64,000 nt of DNA, taken from positions 2,854-66,853 of the forward strand of contig CAWIIC010000003.1 in the NCBI GenBank assembly GCA_963836045.1. Direction: 5' to 3'. Position 1 is the stretch's first letter; each line of letters opens with the position of its first letter. A model generated the notes under the pieces. That model searched no databases and was not told where the DNA came from. It saw only the letters and a program-made list of their open reading frames with translations. The DNA comes from an uncultured Pseudomonadota bacterium (GTDB taxonomy: Bacteria > Chloroflexota > UBA5177 > JAJPKF01). Position numbers and translations under genes: made by a program. Positions 18,117-27,223 of this stretch are shown here, in pieces.

Positions 18117-18900
18117 TTAGTTCACGTCGTTCTGCGGCAACTCTGCCACCTGTCGGAACCCGGCGTACACGGGGCCTCCCACCTCGTCGAGAATCTCTCG
18201 CGCCCATATTGTCAGCAGTTGATCGTTATCCTCGCACGCCAATCGCCTTCTCGCGACAACTAATGCGGCGGCTCTCTGAGGATCACACGCTCGGAGTGCG
18301 CGAATCTGACGCTTACCGCCTTCCGGGTACACGCCCCGCCGATCAAACAATAAGTCTGAGGCCGCGTCGATAATCCAACATCCGATACTGAGGCGCTCCT
18401 CGCGATCGTTGGAAGCACCGAGGTCTATCAGGGCGTCCGTGATTTTGTAGCGAAGAGCGTCAATCGTTCTTGCGTCTAGCCGACGCGGCCCGGCGTCCAG
18501 CAGAACCTTGGTTTCATGCTGAGTAGAAGAGGCCATATCTCTTCGATCCAGCAGAACGATGCCGTCGGCGACAATGGAACACAAAGCCACATGCCGGTCT
18601 CTCAGCTCTTGGTCACGAAATTGGGCCCACGCTGAATGCGTATGTACGAAGGCCTCAACCGGCCACCCCAGCTGAATGAAGGTTTCTCGGAACGGCGCCT
18701 CCGAGACATCGCCGAAGGACTACGATGTCGAGATCTGAGAATGGTGTCGCAGCAGAAGTCAGCACCGCCGATCCAAGGAAAGCTAGCTCAGCTGCTGGGT
18801 AGCGTTCGGAGACAATCCGGGTGGCCGCCTCGACGGCAGGTATTCGAGTCTTAGGCAGGCTCAACAGAGGCTGATACTGCTTTCTTGCGGTCGCGTCCAT
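18117..18900 (-). pseudogene. Pol-beta-superfamily nucleotidyltransferase (antibiotic-NTase-like), one frame break at ~18720
   Basis: NTase motif AFLGSAVLTSAATPFSDLDIVV (ORF 18655-19140). After a 1-nt shift the sequence continues as FGDVSEAPFRETFIQLGWPVEAFVHTHSAW...VALCSIVADGIVLLD, in frame with ORF 18117-18590. Confidence 0.65.
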
Positions 18901-19028
18901 GCTCTTAGTGTAGGTGGCGCGATTCCAATTGCGTGTCGGGCTTAACAATAAGTGAGAAGGTTGGGGGTGTACAGTCGATGTACAGTAATGCGGTACTCGA
19001 ATAGCATCAATCAATCTCATTGCCGGTG

Positions 19029-19973
19029 TTAGTCCCGACAATGCCCAATGCGAGGATTTCGCTTCCAGAAGTACCTGAATAGGTATCGCGGAGACGTACA
19101 TAACGACACCCGCTTTTGCTGACGGAGATTGGTACTCCATCCGTGGCCACGCATTCCTAGCAGTGCGAAGCCGTCCACCGCGTAGTACACATCGTAGGAA
19201 CCTCCGGGATACACAAACCGCAGGTCGTAGGCCGCTACGTGATCAAAGAGTCGACCGTGGACTAGGCGATATCCCGTTCCATTGCCGGTGCTTATGAAAC
19301 CATCACGGCGAGCTGTTGCCGCCAGACCTGCTGCGATACCAGGATCGTCCACGCCATGTATGAAGTACGCAGTAAGGTCGCCCCTGTGGCTGCGCAACCT
19401 GGGTCCCTGCCAGACCAACGCGAAGTTCATGGCGGTATTCATCGGCAAGCCCATGTTGTGAGCGAGGCGAAAGAAGTAAACGACCTTACTAGTCTGGGTA
19501 ACTGTCTCTAGTCCCCTCACCACGTATGTTCCGTGGATTCTCATCGACCAGACACGAAATGTAAGGTCGCGGCACCTCGACAAGCCTTGACACTTCACGC
19601 GCTCAGAGTAAACGCGTTCGAGCACCTGACCGGGCTTTGGTGTAGCAGCCCTTGCAGCGCGAACCAGAACCGTCCCCGCGGAAACCGGAGTTGGGCTCTG
19701 AGCGACTGAGTTAATAAGCACGGTTGTAACAATTGCTGTAGCTACGATGGCTGCGCACAAAGTGAAGCGCCACGGGGGAGCCCGAAGACCACGGAGCAGC
19801 TTGTCAGGATTCGCGGCCTGGGGTCGATCCGTGAGACGGCTCACAAACGCATCGACAGAAGCTGAGGGATGGCCCTGTGTGCAAATGTGACCAAGCATTT
19901 CCACCAAATGTCGCCGGTCGGCTGAAGAATTCGGCGTTATGAGGTCGTCATATCCGTGGTCAACAGGTCTCAT
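19029..19973 (-). CDS. Putative anti-sigma factor (single-pass membrane protein)
   Basis: Overlaps the 3' end of the ECF sigma gene. One TM helix (FTLCAAIVATAIVTTVLI). The extracytoplasmic domain is of unknown family. The call rests on position only. Confidence 0.5.
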   Translation of the reverse strand: MRPVDHGYDDLITPNSSADRRHLVEMLGHICTQGHPSASVDAFVSRLTDRPQAANPDKLLRGLRAPPWRFTLCAAIVATAIVTTVLINSVAQSPTPVSAGTVLVRAARAATPKPGQVLERVYSERVKCQGLSRCRDLTFRVWSMRIHGTYVVRGLETVTQTSKVVYFFRLAHNMGLPMNTAMNFALVWQGPRLRSHRGDLTAYFIHGVDDPGIAAGLAATARRDGFISTGNGTGYRLVHGRLFDHVAAYDLRFVYPGGSYDVYYAVDGFALLGMRGHGWSTNLRQQKRVSLCTSPRYLFRYFWKRNPRIGHCRD

Positions 19974-20475
19974 TGATCCTCCTCTCTATTTGCTGCAAAG
20001 TGCGCGATAGCTGCTTTCGAGTAGCTTCAGGCGTTCTCTTTATCAGTCGAGCAATATCAGGAATCGTCAGTCCCGCTGCAAACCGAAGAGCGATGAGGTC
20101 CTGTTTGTCTTTGGGGAGATCGGAGACGATGGAGCGAACTTGGCGATATTCGTCGGCATACTCGACCTCGGATTCGGTGTCGTCGCTCGATGCGATATCA
20201 GGCAGCGGAGTAGTGAGCCAACCGCGTCGTCGGGCCTGCCGGTGACGGTCGACAACGAGGTGTCGGGCAATGGTAAACAGCCAGACTGCAGTAGCGTCGC
20301 ATTGGGCATCGGGTTTCGAGAGCGCAGCCCAAGCTTTCGCAAAAGTCTGTTGGGTTAAATCATCGGCATCCTCCGGAGATCCCGTCCTAGTCCGGAAGTA
20401 CCAATAAACGCGCTCGCGATGTAGACGATAGAAGTCCTGGAAGGCCTCTGTTCCAGGGTTCTGTGCATCAACCAT
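19960..20475 (-). CDS. ECF-type sigma-70 factor
   Basis: Region 2 (DADDLTQQTFAKAWAAL, WLFTIARHLVVDRHR) and region 4 (LPKDKQDLIALRFAAGLTIPDIARLIKRTPEATRKQLSRTLQQI). Confidence 0.85.
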   Translation of the reverse strand: MVDAQNPGTEAFQDFYRLHRERVYWYFRTRTGSPEDADDLTQQTFAKAWAALSKPDAQCDATAVWLFTIARHLVVDRHRQARRRGWLTTPLPDIASSDDTESEVEYADEYRQVRSIVSDLPKDKQDLIALRFAAGLTIPDIARLIKRTPEATRKQLSRTLQQIERRINETC

Positions 20476-20606
20476 CCGACCCGCTGCTCTCAGAAGCTTG
20501 CCCCTTGATTATCAGTCGTACCAGCACGTACCTGATTGGGTGTCCACCAGGGTCGGCTCGACCCCACTATTAAATAGAACGCTCGATACGGCCAAACCGG
20601 ACATCA

Positions 20607-22043
20607 ATGTGTAGTGAGGAAACGCCTGAAATAGAGCACTGTTTGCTGCCCGAATCGGCGCGTTTGTCGGACCGTTATTTATGTGTATTGGAAAGGCGCA
20701 TAGCATGGGTAGTGACAGACCTCCCAATCGAGAAGAGTCAGTCTCTCTGCCGCTATCGTCTCCTCATCGGGGACAACCAGAAGAGGATTCTCGTCGACGC
20801 CCGCAATTCCAAGGTCCGGCTACCAACCTGGCTCACGGGGCGCGGTCACCCCTTGCAAGCGACCGATCACATCAACAAGTGGACCCTGTCGCGAACGGGC
20901 GTGAGGGCAATCACTCTGCGCTGCATCTCGACGGGTCCGAGCCCAGATGGCGAGTCCATCGAGCGGCGGTACGAACTTGCGGCACTTCGCCCGGTCGATC
21001 CGGCAGAAGGATTTCTTTGGATCTCGAGGGATGAGGTGCCCGAACTCGCTACCCCTTCAGAACGGAATCTGGCCGAAACACACTTTTCGGATTTCGCTTC
21101 TCCGCCCGCTGCCCGCCGCCCGTGGGCAAGGCCGGGTTGGTGGGAGACTGCCGCCGCATGGATCCAGCAGCAGCTTCAGGTGGCGGGACATAGGGGCGAA
21201 CCAAAGATAACGCAAATCAGTAGCTGGGAACGTGGCTGTGTCTTGCGAGTCGTTAGTCCAGCTGCGACGCTCTACTTCAAAGCATTGCCGCTGCAGTTGG
21301 CCCATGAGTTAGGCGTGCTGCGCAGCTTGGCGATGGAGAATCCTAGTCTGGTTCCAAAGCTCGTAGCGGCCGATGAGGACTGCCGTTGGATCCTCACAGA
21401 GAAGATGCCTGGTCGCGCGCTTAGCGTTCGGGATGACGTGGATCAGTGGCGTACTGCCTGCTCTGTCCTCGCCAAGTTGCAGGTCGGCAGCATCGCCACC
21501 GCAGAGCTGTTTCGAGCGGACCTTCCCTCTCGTGGCGTGGACTGGATGCTCAACAAGTTAGCCGCTGATCCCTTTCGACGCGCTGATATTTCGCCCGAGT
21601 TTCGGGCGCAGCTTGGAGCGCGACTCACTGGCCTGAGGTCGCAGGCCCGACGACTGGCGGCGCTTTCTCTTCCGTCGGCAATCGAACATGGCGACCTAAT
21701 TCCCAGCAATATCTTCATCCATGCGGGAAATGCAGTGATCTTCGACTGGACCGACGCCTCCGTCTCCATCCCCTTCTTCAGCCTATGGTCGCTGCTCGAC
21801 GCAATCGGAACTGATGTAGCCCACCTCGGCACAAAGACTGCGCGGAAAGCTCTGGTAGACGCCTACTTTCGCAAATGGAACAAGCTAGCGAGCGACGCAA
21901 CGCTATCCGAAGCCTGGCGCCTCACGCAGCGGCTCGCACCGCTCCACTTGGCACTGCGCTACCAGTTCGACATCCTGCCGGCCGTGGAGTCGCGCTGGGA
22001 AATGGAAAACATGGTGCCCTACTTCCTCCACAAGCTAGCCTGA
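20607..22043 (+). CDS. Phosphotransferase-family (APH/choline-kinase-like) protein
   Basis: Catalytic block IEHGDLIPSNIFIHAGNAVIFDWTDASVSIPFFSL (the HGDL..N...DW.D pattern). The N-terminal ~150 aa are unassigned and the start codon is uncertain. Confidence 0.7.
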   Translation: MCSEETPEIEHCLLPESARLSDRYLCVLERRIAWVVTDLPIEKSQSLCRYRLLIGDNQKRILVDARNSKVRLPTWLTGRGHPLQATDHINKWTLSRTGVRAITLRCISTGPSPDGESIERRYELAALRPVDPAEGFLWISRDEVPELATPSERNLAETHFSDFASPPAARRPWARPGWWETAAAWIQQQLQVAGHRGEPKITQISSWERGCVLRVVSPAATLYFKALPLQLAHELGVLRSLAMENPSLVPKLVAADEDCRWILTEKMPGRALSVRDDVDQWRTACSVLAKLQVGSIATAELFRADLPSRGVDWMLNKLAADPFRRADISPEFRAQLGARLTGLRSQARRLAALSLPSAIEHGDLIPSNIFIHAGNAVIFDWTDASVSIPFFSLWSLLDAIGTDVAHLGTKTARKALVDAYFRKWNKLASDATLSEAWRLTQRLAPLHLALRYQFDILPAVESRWEMENMVPYFLHKLA

Positions 22044-22459
22044 CCGGAGAGTATTTGGACGGCCATAGATTGTTCAGGAATCTGAGCCGTCGGGATCTAT
22101 ATGTTCGCGAATCGTTAAATTGCTGCCAGCTATTGAACGCGGTGGCATGCTGTGAATAGGTCCGGGGGGGACGAGCAAACCGCGTCCGACGTCCAGATAT
22201 TCAGTGTTAGGCAAAGACATGCCTTAATGCTAACGGGTCGTTGTTGTTCTCAGGTCCATCAACGTACGAATGAGTTTGGCCAGGTCACGTGTCTGAAATA
22301 ATTGGTGAGCCGCGATGGCATTGCATAATCGTGGAAACAAGCGCTGGATGAAATGCGGCTCGCGCGTACGCCAGTAGAAAGTGACGTGATCCGATCACCG
22401 ACATTGTCAGTCTGCTTACTGAACTTGGTATCTCTGGCGCTGAATACGAGAGCCAACTC

Positions 22460-23228
22460 GTGCAGACTCGGTTTCGGCAGAAGCTTGTTGACGCCTGGAG
22501 AATCCTTCCGGGCACTGCAATCTTGGAGGTTGGGTGCGGTCAGGGAGACATGACACTCGTGCTCGCGGCCGCAACGGGTGCAGATGGGCACGTCACTGCA
22601 ATTGACGCAGCAGACGAAACTTCGGGCTCACCGCTTACCTTTGCGAAGGCCACGGCGCGCATTCGCCGATCTCGTGTTGGAAAAGCAGTCTCCTTTCGAT
22701 TCGGCGTCGATGTTCTCGAGCCTGAAGGTGGTCCTGCCACGATCTCACTACGACTGCGCTGTGCTGGCTCACTCGCTTTGGTATTTCGCTTCCATGGACT
22801 TGTTGCAACGAACTCTCAAGCGAATGAAGGAGTTGGCCGATCGGCTTTATCTCTCAGAGTGGGACCTGACACCGACAAGGAAATCCCAGCTGCCACACTT
22901 TGCAGCGGCCCTAGTCCAGGGATGGACATCTGCCTGGAAACCCGATCGCCGCTGCAATATTCAGACACTTATGAGTCGACAGGCGATCGAGCGGCTTGTT
23001 CTGGATGCCGGCTGGACAATCGAAACCAATGTCTCCGTCGACAGCTCAGACCTTCAGGACGGCAGATGGGAGGTTCTCAACTGTCTCCAGATACTCAGCT
23101 CAGGAATCGGTAGGGACGACTCAACGACTATTGAGGGCCTGGACTTGGATAATGTGAAAATACTTCTCCAGCAGTCAGCGTCTGAGGCTCTGCCATCGTT
23201 TGCAATGCGTTGCCACCAACCGCAATGA
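22460..23228 (+). pseudogene. Class I SAM-dependent methyltransferase, one frame break at ~22730
   Basis: Motif I ILEVGCGQGD and VTAIDAAD lie in ORF 22460-23113. The continuation RSHYDCAVLAHSLWYFAS... lies in ORF 22578-23228. Confidence 0.7.
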
Positions 23229-23338
23229 GATGCGACCAGTTTGGCGATGACCATCGCGCACCTCTCCGCGGACGGTTCTTCAGGGCACGCATAACACCTT
23301 CGTCACCACGCGAGGAAGGACGGTCGGCAGCGCCACCT

Positions 23339-23640
23339 GTACAGCAAGCCGTACAGCAAACGTGACGTCTGCCGATGTTCAGGCATGTCCGCGGAAGTAG
23401 GGCTCAGTTGAGATGTGGCTAAAGAACGCCACAACTAGACGTGGAGAGACACCCCAAGATGCCTGATCAGCGTTCTCATAATCCCTTGGTCGCTGGTTCG
23501 AATCCGGCCGGGCCCACCAAATCTCGACTGCTTGTTTCTCCCGGGATAACGCCACAAACAGCGCTTAACCTAACCACATTTCGGGAGCATTCAACTTAAC
23601 GATAAGCACGGATTTTCGTCTTGTACAGTTGTTGTACAGT
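23339..23640 (+). repeat. tRNA-3'-portion module, Met(CAU) type, best preserved, with flanking direct repeats (att-like)
   Basis: GTACAGCAA 2x (23339-23359). The core at 23475-23519 reads CTCATAA-TCCCT-TGGTC-GCTGG-TTCGAAT-CCGGC-CGGGCCC-A-CCA. GTACAGT 2x at 23623-23640. The 5 nt before the loop (GCGTT) cannot pair with TCCCT, and no GGGCCCG 5' strand is present. Confidence 0.7.
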
Positions 23641-24000
23641 AATGGCAATTCCGAGCGACCGAGACGGCATGCTCTTAGTCTTCCGGTGTGATGCGGAGGT
23701 GTCAATCAAGGACTTTCACGAAACGCTTAGGCTGAGTCCAAGAGATGACAGTGATGGGGGTTTAACGTTCCCGCTGAGTTGACATCGTTCACGGTCGTCA
23801 GTATGTCGAGATGTGTGCAACCCGCTGACCGAATTTCTGTGGAGGCACGCGCTCACCCTCGATCAGAGGCAACGCGTTGGCGGCGAGTTGAGTAAGTCCT
23901 GCAGTGCGCAGATCCATGCTGGCGTCAGTAAGCAGACGATCTCGCCCACGAACCGTCCAACCGATTCAGCCGCATACGCTCAAGCGACCATGCGAGCCGG

Positions 24001-24612
24001 TCACGAATCTAAAGCGGGGTGCCAGCGTCCCGATCGTATCTGCGGTCTGGAAGGCCCAAGGCTGGTTCGCCCCGTCAGGTATAGCAGCCCGTCCCAGGGA
24101 TCCTGGTCCTTGGGAAGATTAGACAAGGGAAAGAGGCGAGCGCAGATCTTGGAGCAGACGGTTCTATCAGGATGTATCTTTCCATGAAGGCCCTGACAGA
24201 TGTCCCAGCCGTGAACATAGAGTTCCATGCCAGCCAATGCGTTAAAAGCCATCGCATCTGCCAGTCCCCATGGGTGATAGGCATGTGCACTGGGGCCGAC
24301 AGTGCGCAGGGTGGCCACCATCATGCTACTCGCGGCCTGGATGAACTCCACGGCGTCTTTGGAATCAGCACCGCTCGTCAGCCTGGCTCGGAACTCGACA
24401 TAGTGGTCGGTAGGTCCCGCAGCAAGTTGCCCAGCATAGGCCAAACAGTCATCAGCCATGTGACTCGCCGTTCGCAGGCAGCTCCACCGAAGTGAGCCTG
24501 CTCGAACTGACCAATCCTTTCCCGTCAGGGGACTCAGAGAGTCTAGCGTTTGGTCAATGGCAGTTTGCAGATCCAATGGCGTGAGGAATTGGGACATCGC
24601 CACGTCGCTCAA
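24001..24612 (-). CDS. DinB/MDMPI_N-like (mycothiol-dependent maleylpyruvate isomerase N-terminal domain) protein
   Basis: DWSVRAGSLRWSCLRTASHMADDCLAYAGQLAAGP... matches the DinB_2/TIGR03083-type helix-bundle pattern. Confidence 0.65.
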   Translation of the reverse strand: MSDVAMSQFLTPLDLQTAIDQTLDSLSPLTGKDWSVRAGSLRWSCLRTASHMADDCLAYAGQLAAGPTDHYVEFRARLTSGADSKDAVEFIQAASSMMVATLRTVGPSAHAYHPWGLADAMAFNALAGMELYVHGWDICQGLHGKIHPDRTVCSKICARLFPLSNLPKDQDPWDGLLYLTGRTSLGPSRPQIRSGRWHPALDS

Positions 24613-25153
24613 CTCCTGGGCAGGTGCTGCAAAAGTCTACAGGCTGTTCCTGGCTGCATCTCGCATGTCAGGAATCCCTCTTGACCAGAGCGTCAAGGCT
24701 TCCTCCTTTGTCACATCGCCGCGCTCGCCCTTCACCCACCAGTCGCGCGCCGGATTCGTTTCAAGTATGGGTCCGCCGTCTTGTGATGGCCGGTGAGCGA
24801 GGCGCAGCTCACAATGTTCCCTGCCGGCAGACGAGCTTCGGACAGCGAAGCCCTGGACCCACTCGACCCAAACCACAGTGAACAGCACACCACCACGTCT
24901 GTCCCACCTCCTATGCTGGGAGAGTATCCCGCACCCGCAGCCAAACCATCCAGGCGCGCTGCCCAACTCACTTGTCTACCATCATCCAGGGGTAAGTACA
25001 AGGACGACAGGAAGATCGGCCAGGAACCGGTTGAGAGGACTTACCTCTTCCTGTCACGCTGGTCACGCTGGCATTCACCAGCCAAAGATTGACTGCCCTG
25101 CAGCGTGCTAGGCTTTAGCGTGGTTTGCTCCGAAGTCAAAACAGGAGTTACCA

Positions 25154-25876
25154 ATGTACAGGATTGTGCTGGCGTTTCCCGTGGTGCCCGGTAAGAGCGA
25201 AGCCGAGGTCACCGCAATCGCCGACGTATTCCGTTCTCGTCCTGTGGAATACCGAGAGGCACGGCAGCGCATTGGTATCACGCGGGAACGAGCCTATTAC
25301 CAGAAGTCACCGATGGGCGATTTCGTGGTCGCTTACATCGAGAGCGAGCGCCCCTACAGTGAGGCGGCCGCGAGCCTGGTGTCGTCCACGCAGGACATCG
25401 ATCATCAGTTCGTACGCCACGTCAACGAAGTGCACGGTGTTGATCTCACCCAGCCGCCTGCAGGTCCCGCACCCGAAACGGTTGCTGAGTGGTTTGATCC
25501 GAACGCTTCCGGCCGCCTCCGTGGCATGGCCTTCTGCGCACCCCTTCTTCCTGGCCGCTACGATGCCGGCAAAGCATGGGCACACGAAGCCTTTGTCACC
25601 CGTCGTGACGAGCTGACTGCATCCCGTCGCGCGTGGGGTCAGACCGGTGAAGTCGTCACCGTGATGCAGACGCCGCACGGCGATATCTGCTGCGTCTACC
25701 TGGAAGGCACTGACCCTGTGGAGGGCAACCGGAAGTTCGCTGCCTCGAATACCGAATACGACCGCTGGTTCAAGGATCAGCTGAAGACGCTGTTTCCGCC
25801 GCAAGTCGACTTCAATCAGCCGGTCCCATCAGTGACCGAGATTTTCGACTCAGCGTCGCTCTTGGTCGCAAGCTAA
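25154..25876 (+). CDS. Hypothetical protein made of two tandem ~115-aa repeats
   Basis: Good RBS (AGGAG 7 nt upstream). Both halves share the pattern ..P..PGK/R....A......R..E...SR...G...E......P.GD....Y.E...P. No family recognised. Confidence 0.5.
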   Translation: MYRIVLAFPVVPGKSEAEVTAIADVFRSRPVEYREARQRIGITRERAYYQKSPMGDFVVAYIESERPYSEAAASLVSSTQDIDHQFVRHVNEVHGVDLTQPPAGPAPETVAEWFDPNASGRLRGMAFCAPLLPGRYDAGKAWAHEAFVTRRDELTASRRAWGQTGEVVTVMQTPHGDICCVYLEGTDPVEGNRKFAASNTEYDRWFKDQLKTLFPPQVDFNQPVPSVTEIFDSASLLVAS

Positions 25877-26096
25877 GGGAAGCTACCGGGCGCGGGCGTG
25901 CAGGATGGCATGCCACTCGCGACACGGAGTATGGGTTGGGGAGCTACGATCAACGACGGCCTCAGCCCGCGGATGCTTTCGTAGCTGACTGGCCGGAACG
26001 AGTGTCGATCGATGGGACTGGATTGCTAAGTGGACCGCGCTGGAAACACGGCGTAGAACCTCCAAATCCGTGGTGGCGCTGTCGGAAGCAGGACCT

Positions 26097-26370
26097 GTAC
26101 AGCAATCTGTACAGCAAAAGTGCCGATCTACCGATGTCCAGACGCGTCCATGGAGCTATACATCAGGTGAAATCGGCGGAAACACGCCACTCCTGGACAG
26201 TGGTAACGCGCGCAGACGCCGTATCAGCGTTCTTTTAATCCGTTGGTTCCGGGTTCGAGTCCCGGCGCCCTCACCAGCCGTTTCTGGCGGAATGATGCCA
26301 GGGTCAGTGAAGCGTCCGAGTCGGAGGAACTCGATAATAAGTCGCTCGTCCAGCGAAAGTACAGCAAAAG
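26097..26370 (+). repeat. tRNA-3'-portion module, Lys(UUU) type, with flanking direct repeats (att-like)
   Basis: GTACAGCAA 2x (26097-26117). The core at 26232-26276 reads CTTTTAA-TCCGT-TGGTT-CCGGG-TTCGAGT-CCCGG-CGCCCTC-A-CCA. GTACAGCAAAAG at 26359-26370. The upstream ~130 nt align with the 23.4-kb module along their whole length. Confidence 0.7.
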
Positions 26371-26567
26371 TATTTCCAACCCCGTCACGCATGACTGCAG
26401 ACTTGACTATGCGATCGCTCCTGGTTGATGAGTCACCTACGTCGACGAAACTCGCGTGTCGAACGGCGGGACAGGCAAGTGGTCCCTCACGACTGTGCTG
26501 ACAAAGCGCGAAGCCCAGTCGGTGAGAGGCTTCTTCGTCAGGCGCTAGATCATTTGACAAAGAGACG

Positions 26568-27223
26568 ATGATGCCCATCGCCGGAGAGCTCGTCACGGAG
26601 ACGCTCGAGTATGACGGTGGTCGTCAAGTCACGGTGTACGTCCCGTCGGGTACGCCCGAGGCTGTCGTGTTCGCCGGTGACGGCCAGTTGATCTCGCAAT
26701 GGGGAGGAGCCCTTGAGGCGGCCGACTTACCGCCGACGATGATCGTCGGTACACACCGGCTAGCCGACGAGACGCTGCGGCTCCACGAGTACTCACCGAC
26801 CTTCGACCCGGGACGGTTCGCGCTGCACGAGAGATTCTTCGTCGACGACGTCCGCCGATGGGCGCGGTCGCGCTTCGGAGTCGCGCTTGCCCGCTGAACG
26901 TACCGCGGTGTACGGTGTCTCAGCGAGTGGAGAGCCGGCGCTCGCCGTGGGGGCTTCGGCATCCCGAGGTCTACGGCGCGGTTTTCTGTGCCTCCCCGGG
27001 CGGCGGCTACCGACCGCCGGGCGTAATGCCGGGGTCACTTCCAGGCGCGTACCTCGTCGCGGGCACGCTGGAGCCTTTCTTCCGAAAGAACGCGACCCGG
27101 TGGGCGGTTGCACTGCGCGATGCAGGCGCGGACGTTGTGATGACCGAGGGGGCGGGATCGCACGGCGATGCCTTCTGGCGAGAAGAACTCCCCTTGATGG
27201 TGGCCTGGGCGTTCGTGCAATGA
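26568..27223 (+). pseudogene. Putative esterase (enterochelin-esterase-like alpha/beta hydrolase), >=2 frame breaks
   Basis: Three frames are needed to read it: VTVYVPSGTPEAVVFAGDGQ... (26568-26897), ERTAVYGVSASGE.ALAVG carrying the GxSxG nucleophile elbow (26887-), and RHPEVYGAVFCASPGGGY...GSHGDAFWREELPLMVAWAF (26858-27223). Confidence 0.65.

Noticed and set aside
23391-23519. tmRNA/viral-TLS-like closure, or an intron-containing tRNA. GCGGAAGTAGGGCTCAGTTGAG at 23391-23412 looks like a tRNA 5' half, and GGGCTC could pair with the 3' GGGCCC.
   Set aside because: The 5'-half-like acceptor (GCGGAAG) is not complementary to the 3' strand (CGGGCCC). The homologous positions in the Lys-type and other Met-type modules offer no compensating partner (no GAGGGCG upstream of 26232). 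The anticodon loop is contiguous with the 3' part, which excludes a loop intron. Similarity past the CCA argues for a DNA-level site rather than an RNA with a processed 3' end.
24620-25110. Possible frame-broken small gene on the minus strand (ORFs 24637-24966 and 24732-25001)
   Set aside because: Fragments such as NPARDWWVKGERGDVTKEEALTLW look protein-like. I cannot assign a family or a consistent frame path, so I made no call.
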